Assembly (NCBI GenBank): GCA_015233495.1
Contig: JADFXQ010000001.1
Coordinates: forward strand, 68,045 to 132,044
Reading direction: 5' to 3'
Length of the DNA stretch: 64,000 nucleotides
Origin: Candidatus Omnitrophota bacterium
GTDB taxonomy: Bacteria; Omnitrophota; Gorgyraeia; Zapsychrales; Zapsychraceae
The notes under the pieces are model-generated. The model worked only from the letters and a program-made list of their open reading frames with translations, had not been told where the DNA came from and did no database searches. A program made the position numbers and the translations under genes. Shown in pieces: positions 20,335-29,772 of the stretch (position 1 is its first letter; every line of letters begins with the position of its first letter).

Positions 20335-21276
20335 CTACTCCAGCCGTCGCAAACGCGCGATAAAAAAACCTTCCCGGCGCTCATCCGGAAGAATCCGGCA
20401 GCAACGCGCCACCCGGCCATCATAGGCCCGGCCTTCCCAGGCTTGCAAACCCGGATAGGTTTTGATTTCCGGCGGCACGGATATATTCTCGATGTCAAAC
20501 GCTGCCGCGGTTTTGCGTAAAAACCAATCCACCACCGCCTCATTCTCTTCCGGAGCGAAAGTGCAGGTCGAATACACCAATATCCCGCCCGGTTTAAGCA
20601 TCCGTCCCGCGTTGAGCAAAAGACCTTTTTGTTTGCGCTGCATTTCTCGAATTTTACGTAAACTCCAATAGCGCCAGGTTTCGGGGTCCGCTAAATCGAA
20701 CCGTCCTTCACTGCCGCAGGGCGCGTCGACTAAAATCCGGTCAAATAAATCCGGACTGCGCCAACGGCGGCCGTCCATCATCCGGCACGCGACAATCGAC
20801 GCGCCCAGCAGAGATACCACGGATTTCAACCGGTAAAACCGCCCTTTTACCGCCTCAACAGCGACAATTTCCCCCTGATTTTGCATCAAGGCGGCCATTT
20901 GCGTCGTTTTACTTCCCGGGGCCGCGCACAAATCTAAAACGCGTTCGCCGGGCTGCGGGTCAAGCACGATCGGCACCCATTGACTGGATAAACTTTGCGG
21001 ATAAAAACCTCCCGCAGTCGTAAGTTCAAGACGCAGCACCGCCTCGCGTTGGTCCTGCGGAAACAACAGCGCCGCAGCGCCCAGCCCTGCTGGTAAAACC
21101 GGAGTCAAACCCCGGGCTTGCAAATACGCCACAGCCTCTGGCAACGCCATTTTTAAGGTGTTGACCCGGACAGAGAAAAATTTTTTTTCTTTAAATAAAG
21201 CGGTTAGGCTGCTATCGCTGGTTGTAATGATCGCGCCAAGACGCGCCAAAAATAAGGGTGGAAGCAAGACCGGCAT
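20335..21276 (-). CDS. RsmB/NOP2/RsmF-family RNA m5C methyltransferase
   Basis: VLDLCAAPGSKT, ILVDAPCGSEG, LVYSTCTFAPEENE. Confidence 0.92.
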   Translation of the reverse strand: MPVLLPPLFLARLGAIITTSDSSLTALFKEKKFFSVRVNTLKMALPEAVAYLQARGLTPVLPAGLGAAALLFPQDQREAVLRLELTTAGGFYPQSLSSQWVPIVLDPQPGERVLDLCAAPGSKTTQMAALMQNQGEIVAVEAVKGRFYRLKSVVSLLGASIVACRMMDGRRWRSPDLFDRILVDAPCGSEGRFDLADPETWRYWSLRKIREMQRKQKGLLLNAGRMLKPGGILVYSTCTFAPEENEAVVDWFLRKTAAAFDIENISVPPEIKTYPGLQAWEGRAYDGRVARCCRILPDERREGFFIARLRRLE

Positions 21277-21278
21277 GT

Positions 21279-21422
21279 TTAAAAATGCCGCGGTGAATGC
21301 GGCTTCTTGCGATGCATGACCGTAAAACGTCCATCTTTCATATCCGTTTTCATCGACCCGACGTCCGCATCCGCGGGCAAAGTGAAAGATTGATTGAAAA
21401 AACTGATACGGATCATACGCAT
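21279..21422 (-). pseudogene. Hsp20/alpha-crystallin C-terminal fragment
   Basis: FNQSFTLPADADVGSMKTDMKDGRFTV...KK resembles the small-HSP C-terminal strands. No N-terminal half is present. Confidence 0.55.
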
Positions 21423-21483
21423 ACTTTTATTTTTACCGTCACAGCGCGTCGATTCCTGACGCTGAGCCTGGCTGGTCAACCGT

Positions 21484-22476
21484 CTACTCTTTATTCGGCT
21501 GATAAAAAATAATCTGCGTGCCGAAATCTTCAAATTTAAACGGCACCCATAACAATTTGCGCAATTTTTTCCGCACCGCTTCCTGCTGTTGTAGCGGCGC
21601 GAAAAATAAAATAAACCCGCCGCCGCCCGCGCCCAATAATTTTCCGCCTGTCGCGCCGGCTTTGCGGGCCGCCTCATAAATTGCGTCGATTTCCGGCGTT
21701 GAGACTTTATCCGACAACTTCCGCTTCAATTGCCAACTTTCATTCAATAATTTTCCAAACGACGCGAGACTTCCCCGGCCGTTCACCACCTTCAAGGCCT
21801 CGAACACCAGACTGTGCATGGTTTTCAATTCCTCCCGCCGCGAGGGGATATTCTGAATCTGATGCGCCGCGATCTGCGAGGCCATGCGCGAAAACCCGGT
21901 AAAAAACAGCATCAAGTGATTTTGTAAATCCTCCAGCCGTTCCTGGGTAATCGTTACCCGCCGCGCCTGTAAATGATGCTTGCCGCCGAATTCAATCAAA
22001 TTGAAACCGCCCAAAGCCGCCAGCGTCTGGTCCTGACAGCCGACATTTTCTTTGCACATATTCTGCTCAATATGGATCGCTTCCCGCGCCAGCCTTTCCT
22101 TGGTCGGCATCACGCCTTTCAAAGCGTAGACGGCGTGCAGCAGGCCCACTGTAAAGGACGAACTCGAACCCAAGCCGGTGCGCGCCGGCAAATCTCCGTC
22201 GTGATGAATCTCCACGCCTTTGCGCATCTGTAAATAGCGCAACACCTCGCGCACCGCCGGATGATCGATTTCGTCTAACTTTTTCACATGCTCCATCTGG
22301 GAATAAATGATCCGCGATTTATGCTCAAAAAACGGCGGCAAATACCGGCAAGTGATATAACAATATTTATCGATCGTGGTGGCTAAAACAGCTCCCGGAT
22401 GTTCCCCGTACCATTGAGGATAATCCGTGCCCCCGCCAAAAAACGAAATGCGAAAGGGAGTTCTGGATATAATCAT
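21484..22476 (-). CDS. hddA: D-glycero-alpha-D-manno-heptose-7-phosphate kinase (HddA-like GHMP kinase)
   Basis: SRTPFRISFFGGGTD, PARTGLGSSS, GCQDQ, GGKLLGAGGGG. Confidence 0.85.
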   Translation of the reverse strand: MIISRTPFRISFFGGGTDYPQWYGEHPGAVLATTIDKYCYITCRYLPPFFEHKSRIIYSQMEHVKKLDEIDHPAVREVLRYLQMRKGVEIHHDGDLPARTGLGSSSSFTVGLLHAVYALKGVMPTKERLAREAIHIEQNMCKENVGCQDQTLAALGGFNLIEFGGKHHLQARRVTITQERLEDLQNHLMLFFTGFSRMASQIAAHQIQNIPSRREELKTMHSLVFEALKVVNGRGSLASFGKLLNESWQLKRKLSDKVSTPEIDAIYEAARKAGATGGKLLGAGGGGFILFFAPLQQQEAVRKKLRKLLWVPFKFEDFGTQIIFYQPNKE

Positions 22477-22485
22477 GCTGACGCC

Positions 22486-24039
22486 TTAATAATTGTCCCG
22501 GACCAATTTTTTCTCACAGACTTTCTGCATATGCGCGACTTCCGCTTCCCCAAACCGCTCCCGCAGCCGGTTCAAATACCGGACGTCCTGACAATAATCG
22601 TCAAAAGCCGCGTCCCGGAATTTTAAAATTGCCCCGCTGGTCAAATGTTGGGTAGGCAAAGGAAGACAATCGCGGCTAAGCTGGGCATAACTGCTCCACG
22701 ACTGCGGGAGCGGCCATCCTTCGCGGATCGCGTCTAAATATAATTGTGAACCGGGATACGCCATCGCGCAATAAAAATTTGGATAGGCGCAATTCAATTC
22801 TTTCGCTAAAGCCAGCGTGGCGCGCATGGATTCCAAATCATCGTCCGGCAGACCAAAAATAAAATTCGCGACCACCTCAATCCCGGCCGCATGGGTTTTG
22901 CGGACAATATCCTTAATGTCTTCTTCATTAAACCGGCCCTTGGAAACGGCATCCCGGACTTTTTTCGTGCCTGCCTCGATTCCATAAGCGATCCAATTAA
23001 TGCCTGCCTGTTTCATTTTGGGCAGCATATATTCTTTCACCGTGTCAATCCGGCCATACACCCAAAAATTCAAATCATATCCGCGTTGAATCACTCCGTC
23101 GCAAATCGCCTCAACATGGTCCCATTTCATGGCAAACAGCTCGTCCAAAATCTTGATATTTTTGACCCGGTAATTTTTAACCAAAAAATCGATTTCCTCC
23201 AGGACTTTTTCCGTCGGGCGGTAACGGATACCCGGTCCGCCGAATATCGCGCTGATACAGCAAAACCCGCAGTGAAACGGGCATCCTAAACTGGTGTACA
23301 CAACCGCGTAAGGCGCACGTTCGTTCAAATGACCAAAACAATGCCAATTATGCGCCCGGTATCGGCTCATATCTAACAAGTCCCAGGCCGGCATGGGCAA
23401 AGAACCCAAATCTTGAATATTATCCGGGCGAGGATTACTGACGATTTTTCCCCCGCGCAAATACCACAGACCTTTAATCGAAAAATCCCGCGCCAGCCCG
23501 CCGCGGATAGAATCAAACAAATCCGGCGCCGCGCCGCTCGGCAAATCCGAGATTTGGCCGCCTTCTCCGAGAGACCCCTGCCGGGCCTTACCGTTTTGTA
23601 AAGCCGCCAGCAATTCAGCGTGCGTGGTAAACCCCTCGCCAACCATGACGAAATCCACAGCCTCTTCGCGCAAGGTTTGCTCCGGCAAGGCGGACGGATG
23701 TAATCCGGCGATCGCCCGGGGAGTTGCCGGCGAAAGCGTCTTTAAAGCGGCCAAAACTTTTCCCGCGCCCGGCATATTGCAAGTGGAGGCGTTAGGGTTT
23801 GTCCCGGAAACAATCACTGAAACGAATAATGGTTTCGCGGCAAGCGCCCGAGCCGCGGTTTCCTGCTCGTCCAGATTTTCCGCTTCCGCGTCAATCACCC
23901 GAACGGAAAATCCCTTGTCCCGCAAATAAGCGGCAGTCAAAATCAGCCACAAAGGCGGCTCAATCGCGGACACATCCTCGCTCAGTCCCTGATACAAACG
24001 TTTTTGATTATTAGCTTTAATGAGTACAATATCTGGCAT
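22486..24039 (-). CDS. Cobalamin-binding radical SAM enzyme (class B methyltransferase-like)
   Basis: N-terminal B12 domain (IEPPLW...GLHPSALP) and SLGCPFHCGFC. Confidence 0.88.
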   Translation of the reverse strand: MPDIVLIKANNQKRLYQGLSEDVSAIEPPLWLILTAAYLRDKGFSVRVIDAEAENLDEQETAARALAAKPLFVSVIVSGTNPNASTCNMPGAGKVLAALKTLSPATPRAIAGLHPSALPEQTLREEAVDFVMVGEGFTTHAELLAALQNGKARQGSLGEGGQISDLPSGAAPDLFDSIRGGLARDFSIKGLWYLRGGKIVSNPRPDNIQDLGSLPMPAWDLLDMSRYRAHNWHCFGHLNERAPYAVVYTSLGCPFHCGFCCISAIFGGPGIRYRPTEKVLEEIDFLVKNYRVKNIKILDELFAMKWDHVEAICDGVIQRGYDLNFWVYGRIDTVKEYMLPKMKQAGINWIAYGIEAGTKKVRDAVSKGRFNEEDIKDIVRKTHAAGIEVVANFIFGLPDDDLESMRATLALAKELNCAYPNFYCAMAYPGSQLYLDAIREGWPLPQSWSSYAQLSRDCLPLPTQHLTSGAILKFRDAAFDDYCQDVRYLNRLRERFGEAEVAHMQKVCEKKLVRDNY

Positions 24040-24052
24040 ATTTTATCATGTC

Positions 24053-24176
24053 CACACGATACCAGGACACAAGTCATGTCGTTTACAATTTTTATAAATT
24101 TTGTTGTGTTTGCCTGATTTTATCTTAAAAAATAAGATTAAAATTTACAATACTTGTGTCCTGTGTCCTTGTGTCT
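24053..24176 (-). repeat. Intergenic element copy B
   Basis: Reverse complement GACACAAGGACACAGGACACAAGTATT...TCAGGCAAACACAACAAA...GACTTGTGTCC, starting right after the stop at 24179. Confidence 0.9.
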
Positions 24177-24178
24177 TT

Positions 24179-25111
24179 TTAGACATTGGCATACTGATTT
24201 CGTTTCAAGATCCGGTAAGCCTTCACTAATTCTTTAATCCCGCCGGTCAGCGATACCGCCGGTTTAAAACCGGTCTTTTCGATTTTTTCATTGCTGACAA
24301 TATAATCGCGCTTGTCCGGATCTTCGCCGATTTTCGATTCGACGTAATAAAATTCCGGCACCTGTTTCTTGATTTCAGCGCACAATTCCTCTTTATTCAA
24401 ATTCGCGTCGCTCAAACCCACATTATAGGCTTGATTTTTCATGGTGTCAAAATGCGCCAACCCATGCACAAAGGCATTGGCCACGTCGCGGACATGAATG
24501 AAATTCCGTTTAAAATGCGCCTCAAACAACACCACAAACCGATCATTCACCGCCCGATAAACAAAATCATTCACCAATAAATCCAAACGCATCCGCGGGC
24601 TGACCCCAAACGCGGTCGCCAAACGCAAGGTGATCGCGTTGCCGGAATCGAGGATCGCTGTTTCCGCGTCCACCTTCAGCTTGCCGTAAAGCGAAACCGG
24701 CCTAAGTGGCGTTTCCTCCGTGCAATACTTGCCTTTTTCGCCGATCCCGTAACCGCTGTTCGTCGTAGGAAAAATAATCTTCTGCTGGGGACGGCGCAAA
24801 GTCAACATCAGCTTAATCGCGTCCAGCAAAACTGCCTGGGCAGTTTGCGGATCCTTCGCGCACAAAGGCGCCCCGGTCAAACAAGCCAACGGGAAAATCG
24901 CGTCCGCGTCGGCCAGCAATTTCTCAACGCAATTTTTGTCCCGCACATCCCCGCGAACAATTTCAAATTTCGGATCATGGCAGCAATCCAACAGCGGTGT
25001 CTGGCCATACATAAAATTGTCCAAAACCGTTACCTGATGCCCCTGTGACAACAACATCGGCGTCATCACCGACCCGATGTACCCGGCCCCGCCGGTAATC
25101 AATATTTTCAT
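24179..25111 (-). CDS. NAD-dependent sugar epimerase/reductase (extended SDR)
   Basis: ITGGAGYIGS, SLYGKLK, LRLATAFGVSPRMRLDLLVN. Confidence 0.88.
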   Translation of the reverse strand: MKILITGGAGYIGSVMTPMLLSQGHQVTVLDNFMYGQTPLLDCCHDPKFEIVRGDVRDKNCVEKLLADADAIFPLACLTGAPLCAKDPQTAQAVLLDAIKLMLTLRRPQQKIIFPTTNSGYGIGEKGKYCTEETPLRPVSLYGKLKVDAETAILDSGNAITLRLATAFGVSPRMRLDLLVNDFVYRAVNDRFVVLFEAHFKRNFIHVRDVANAFVHGLAHFDTMKNQAYNVGLSDANLNKEELCAEIKKQVPEFYYVESKIGEDPDKRDYIVSNEKIEKTGFKPAVSLTGGIKELVKAYRILKRNQYANV

Positions 25112-25214
25112 ACAACTTTCTCCTTGCTTTTTATTCCCGACGACAAAAATATGCTAAAAATGAAAATAGCCATAAACTATTTATTGCCAATGGGATATTG
25201 AGATCTTACACCAT

Positions 25215-26255
25215 TTATTCAACCATCTTTCTTGCCGCAGATACGATGTCGGCTACGCCTGGGTAAAAGGCCTCTTCTAACACATAGCTCGACGGGGTTG
25301 GGATGTCCGGGAAAGTGACGCGGACCGGCGCGGATTTTAATGACGCGAAGCCTTTTTCTGTGACGGTGGCGATCACTTCCGCGGCAAAACCGCAGGTTTT
25401 CCAACTCAAATCCGCGACTAACAGGCGGCCGGTTTTTTTCACGGAATCCAAAACTAGCTGTTCATCAAATGGCTTGAGCGATCTGGGGTCAATGATCTCC
25501 GCGCTGATACCCAGCTTTGCTAATTCTTCCGCCGCGCGCAGGGCCTCGACGGCCATATGCGACACCGCGACAATGGTGATATCCTTGCCTTCCCGACGGA
25601 TAACGCCCTGGCCGATGGGAACCGAATACATTTCCTCCGGGACATCACCGGTGTGTTTATACAGCCAGCGCTGCTCAAAATACAGCACCGGATTCGGATC
25701 CGCGATCGCGGCTAAAAGCAAACCTTTGGCGTCAAACGCGGTAGTGGGCATCAAGACTTTGAGCCCCGGCGTGTGGACAAACAAAGATTGCAGGGCTTGA
25801 GAATGTTGCGCTGCCGACCCCCAGCCGCGGCCGATACACGCCCGGATCACGATCGGAACCTTGACGCGCCCCGCAAACATATAATGCCATTTTCCGGCGT
25901 GATTGGCGATTTGGTCCATAGCGACGAGCAAAAAATCCGGACGGTTGTGCACCGAAACCGGACGCAAGCCGCACATCGCTGACCCTAAGGCCATGCCGAT
26001 CACCGCGTTTTCCGAAAGCGGGGTGTCAAACACCCGGCGGCCGCCGTATTTTTTATGCAGATCTTTCGTCGATCCGAACATCCCGCCCGGGTCATCGACG
26101 CCCTGACCCATGACATAAACATTCGGGTCAGCGGCCAAGGCCTGATCAAGCGCCTCGCGGATGGCTTCGCCATAACTCAATTTGCGCACAGCTTGACCCG
26201 CGTCATGATCAAAATGCGGCTCCTGCCGCTCTACATATAATTTTGTCCAGGGCAT
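25215..26255 (-). CDS. TPP-dependent 2-oxoacid dehydrogenase E1 beta / transketolase C-terminal-like subunit
   Basis: DTPLSENA, AAQHSQ, PGLKV, IIDPRSLKPFD. Confidence 0.88.
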   Translation of the reverse strand: MPWTKLYVERQEPHFDHDAGQAVRKLSYGEAIREALDQALAADPNVYVMGQGVDDPGGMFGSTKDLHKKYGGRRVFDTPLSENAVIGMALGSAMCGLRPVSVHNRPDFLLVAMDQIANHAGKWHYMFAGRVKVPIVIRACIGRGWGSAAQHSQALQSLFVHTPGLKVLMPTTAFDAKGLLLAAIADPNPVLYFEQRWLYKHTGDVPEEMYSVPIGQGVIRREGKDITIVAVSHMAVEALRAAEELAKLGISAEIIDPRSLKPFDEQLVLDSVKKTGRLLVADLSWKTCGFAAEVIATVTEKGFASLKSAPVRVTFPDIPTPSSYVLEEAFYPGVADIVSAARKMVE

Positions 26256-26272
26256 AGATTCCTTTATTAAAT

Positions 26273-26387
26273 ACACAAGACACAAGTATTCTGCTCGAAT
26301 GTCCTGCTTATTTAAGGCAAACTCAGGCAAACACAACAAAATATTTTCAAATGCCTAAACAACTTGACTTGTGTCCTGTGTCTTGTC
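26273..26387 (+). repeat. Intergenic element copy C
   Basis: ACACAAGACACAAGTATT...TCAGGCAAACACAACAAA...GACTTGTGTCCTGTGTC, lying between the E1 alpha and beta genes. Confidence 0.88.
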
Positions 26388-27356
26388 TCACTCAAATAAA
26401 AATCTTCCCAATTCCTCTTTTTTCGGCAAGGGGCTTTGCTGGGCAAAAAGGAATGCCGCCTCAATTTCCCCGTCCACTGCTTCGTCGATGGCGGCAATGT
26501 CCGCCTCCGGCGCCAAATTCTGCGCTAAAATTTTGTTCTTGAATATTTCGACCGGACACCGCCTAAAAGCATCATCCAAATCTTCTGACCGGCGGTAATT
26601 TTCCCGGCCCGGATCGCCGATTCCATTATGACCGCGCCAGCGTTGGCAAAGGCATTCTAAAAAAACCGGGCCTTGACCCGAACGCGCCGCGGCAATCGCT
26701 GTTCCCGCCTGTTCATAAACTGATAGCAAATCCGAACCATCCGCCTGATACGCGGGAATATCAAAGGCGCCCGCCCGCGCCGTCAACCGCTCATTCACCT
26801 GCCGGGCAGACAACCGCGAACAGACCGCGTAATAATTATTTTCACAAACAAATACCACCGGCAGTTTGCGCAAAGCCGCCAGATTCAAACTCTCGAAAAA
26901 CACTCCTTCTTCCATCGCGGCGTCGCCGAAAAAAGTCACCGCAACCCGGTTATCGCCGCGATACCACGAGGCGAACGCCGCGCCGACCGCGTGCGGAATG
27001 CTTCCCGCCACAATGGCCGAAGATCCCATCAGACCCACTTGCGGATCAACCAAATGCATGGAACCGCCGCGGCCCGCCGCGCACCCGGTTTCCTTGCAAT
27101 ACAATTCCGCGATCATTGCCGGCAGATCGCCGCCCTTGGCCAAATAATGACCATGACTGCGATGATTGCTGAAAACATAATCTTCGCGTTTTAAATGGCT
27201 GCAAACCCCGACGGAAACCGCCTCCTGTCCCAAGGACAAATGCACGGGCGTCTTCATCTCATCACGCGGATAAAGTTCTTCGATTTTCTGTTCCACTTTC
27301 CGAATACGGATAAGCGAACGATACAGCCGGATAATTTGTTCTGCGGTCAAGTTCAT
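26388..27356 (-). CDS. TPP-dependent dehydrogenase E1 alpha-like subunit
   Basis: HLSLGQEA, HRSHGH, GRGGSMH, FFGDAA...ENN TPP-binding motif. Confidence 0.9.
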   Translation of the reverse strand: MNLTAEQIIRLYRSLIRIRKVEQKIEELYPRDEMKTPVHLSLGQEAVSVGVCSHLKREDYVFSNHRSHGHYLAKGGDLPAMIAELYCKETGCAAGRGGSMHLVDPQVGLMGSSAIVAGSIPHAVGAAFASWYRGDNRVAVTFFGDAAMEEGVFFESLNLAALRKLPVVFVCENNYYAVCSRLSARQVNERLTARAGAFDIPAYQADGSDLLSVYEQAGTAIAAARSGQGPVFLECLCQRWRGHNGIGDPGRENYRRSEDLDDAFRRCPVEIFKNKILAQNLAPEADIAAIDEAVDGEIEAAFLFAQQSPLPKKEELGRFLFE

Positions 27357-27413
27357 GCGCTGCGATATTCCTTTTGAAAAACCATGCCAAATTCTGTCCT
27401 GCCGCTGCTTGTT

Positions 27414-28355
27414 TTACAGCCTATCCTGAAACCAGGCTAAGGTTTCCTTAATACCTTGCTTTAGCCCGACTTTTGGCTGCCACTGCAAATGCTTTTTCGC
27501 CAGCGTAATATCCGGCCGGCGCTGTTTCGGGTCATCGACGGGAAGCGGCGAATACGCGATGCGGCTTTTTGTCCCGGACAATTTAATCACCAGTTGGGCG
27601 AATTCCAAAATCGTAAATTCCCCCGGATTGCCGATGTTCATCGGCCCCGCATAATCGGACAATAACAAACGATAAATCCCTTCGACCAAATCAGAATAAT
27701 AACAAAAAGAACGCGTTTGTTGACCATTGCCATAAACCGTCAGCGGCTTTCCATGCAAGGCCTGGTCAATAAAATTCGGCACCACCCGCCCATCTTTAAT
27801 CCGCATCCGCGGCCCATAGGTATTGAAAATCCGAATAATCCGCACATCCACCTTGTGATACCGGTTATAAGCTAAAGTGATAGCTTCCGCAAACCGTTTC
27901 GCCTCGTCGTAAACACTGCGCGGTCCGTTGGGATTCACATGCCCCCAATAAGTTTCTTTTTGCGGATGGACCTGCGGGTCGCCGTACACTTCCGAAGTGG
28001 ACGCGAGAAAAAACCGCGCCTTCTTCGCCTTCGCCAAACCCAATCCATTGTGCGTGCCTAATGACCCCACTTTCAAAGTCTCAATCGGAAACATCAGATA
28101 ATCCACCGGACTGGCCGGAGAAGCGAAATGCAGCACATAATCCACTTTCCCGGGAATCGTAATCGGCTTGGAGATATCATGCTTCAGAAAATCAAACCGC
28201 TTCTCGTCCTTCAAATGCGCGATATTCTTCATGTTCCCGGTGATCAAATTATCCACCGCGATCACCCGATACCCCTCCAAAATAAACCGATCGCACAAAT
28301 GACTCCCCAAAAACCCCGCCCCGCCGGTAATGACGACTGTCTTACATTTTTTCAT
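27414..28355 (-). CDS. UDP-glucuronate decarboxylase (UDP-xylose synthase)
   Basis: [48 protein letters not shown]. Confidence 0.92.
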   Translation of the reverse strand: MKKCKTVVITGGAGFLGSHLCDRFILEGYRVIAVDNLITGNMKNIAHLKDEKRFDFLKHDISKPITIPGKVDYVLHFASPASPVDYLMFPIETLKVGSLGTHNGLGLAKAKKARFFLASTSEVYGDPQVHPQKETYWGHVNPNGPRSVYDEAKRFAEAITLAYNRYHKVDVRIIRIFNTYGPRMRIKDGRVVPNFIDQALHGKPLTVYGNGQQTRSFCYYSDLVEGIYRLLLSDYAGPMNIGNPGEFTILEFAQLVIKLSGTKSRIAYSPLPVDDPKQRRPDITLAKKHLQWQPKVGLKQGIKETLAWFQDRL

Positions 28356-28451
28356 TACGATCCTTTCCGTAAATTAAAAAGACGCCTGATCATATCCAAA
28401 TTTCTATATAGCAAATACAGCAAACTATCAAAAACCGCGCGCCCAAGGCGA

Positions 28452-29753
28452 TTACAACCTCACCACATTCTTATACATTTTATCCCCATAAACGTTTTTC
28501 ACATCAAACACCAACCGCGAATGCTTCCGCACCGCTGCGTAATCAACCTGACTATGGTCCGTAGCAATCACCACGCAATCATATTTCCTCAAATTCGCCG
28601 GCGTAACCTCCACCCGCAGCAAATCAATCCCATTGATCTTCAAATAAGGAATCAACGGGTCAGAATAATCCACCCGGGCCCCGGCCTTTTGCAAAAGCTC
28701 AATCAAAACCAAAGACGGCGACCGCCGTAAATCTTTGACATCTTTTTTATAAGCAACGCCTAAAACCAGCAAGGACGCCTCTTGCAAAAATGTGTCCGGC
28801 TTTAAAATCTCCGTGATCCGCTCTACGGCATAGGCCGGCATATCCGCGTTCGTATCCGCCGATAATTTAATATATTTCGAATGAAACCCGTATTTCTTCG
28901 CTTTCCAGTAAAGATACAGCGGATCATCGGGAATACAATGACCGCCCACGCCCAAGCCCGGATAAAACGGCATAAAACCAAACGGCTTCGTCTTCGCCGC
29001 CGCGATCACCTCCCAAACATCCACGCCCATTTTATGACACATCCGGGCCACTTCATTGATCCACCCAATGTTGATAATCCGAAACGAATTTTCCAAAAGC
29101 TTGGTCATCTCCGCCGCTTTTGCGGAAGACACTAAGTGAACAGCCACAATAATTTTTTCATAAAGCAGTTTCGTTAACTCCCCGCATTCCGCTGTCACTC
29201 CGCCGACCAATTTGGGGATCCGCGTCACATCGTAATTTTTATTCCCCGGATCGATCCGTTCCGGCGAGAAAGCGAGATAAAAATCAGTTCCCGCTTTCCG
29301 GCCGCCGCGCTCCAATTCCGGCCGGAACAATTCGTCGGTTGTTCCCGGATAGGTCGTGCTTTCGAGGACCACCAATGTCCCCGGCCGGATATATCGGCGT
29401 ATAGTTTTCACCGCGTCGACAATATAAGAAATATCCGGCGTGTATTTTCGTTTGAGCGGAGTGGGGACACAGACAATGATAACATCAACCTGTGCCAACA
29501 CCGCAAAATCCATCCCCGGAGAAAACCGGGCTTGATCGATCACCTCGGCAACTTCTTTGGCCGGCATATCGAGTATATAACTCCGCCTTTGTTGTAATTG
29601 GATAACTCGGTCTTCGTCTTTATCCAAACCCCAAACTGAAAAACCGGCTTTTGCGAAATTGACCGCCAAAGGCAATCCCACATATCCCAGCCCGATCACC
29701 GCGAGCTTCGCGGTTTTATTCTGTATTTGTTTTTTTAAATTTTCCCGTTTCAT
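28452..29753 (-). CDS. UDP-N-acetylhexosamine dehydrogenase (WecC/WbpA family)
   Basis: GLGYVGLP, CVPTPL, ESTTYPGTT, FSPERIDPG, GGHCIP. Confidence 0.92.
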   Translation of the reverse strand: MKRENLKKQIQNKTAKLAVIGLGYVGLPLAVNFAKAGFSVWGLDKDEDRVIQLQQRRSYILDMPAKEVAEVIDQARFSPGMDFAVLAQVDVIIVCVPTPLKRKYTPDISYIVDAVKTIRRYIRPGTLVVLESTTYPGTTDELFRPELERGGRKAGTDFYLAFSPERIDPGNKNYDVTRIPKLVGGVTAECGELTKLLYEKIIVAVHLVSSAKAAEMTKLLENSFRIINIGWINEVARMCHKMGVDVWEVIAAAKTKPFGFMPFYPGLGVGGHCIPDDPLYLYWKAKKYGFHSKYIKLSADTNADMPAYAVERITEILKPDTFLQEASLLVLGVAYKKDVKDLRRSPSLVLIELLQKAGARVDYSDPLIPYLKINGIDLLRVEVTPANLRKYDCVVIATDHSQVDYAAVRKHSRLVFDVKNVYGDKMYKNVVRL

Positions 29754-29772
29754 AATTTTCCTGATTCCGCTC

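Noticed and set aside
26256-26339. N-terminal extensions of E1 beta (to 26339) and dnaJ (to 43383) in the ORF track
   Set aside because: The extensions are translations of the intergenic repeat element. Downstream ATGs fit the families better.
25215-27356. Pyruvate dehydrogenase pdhAB
   Set aside because: There is no E2/E3 nearby and the context is nucleotide-sugar biosynthesis, so no gene symbols were assigned.
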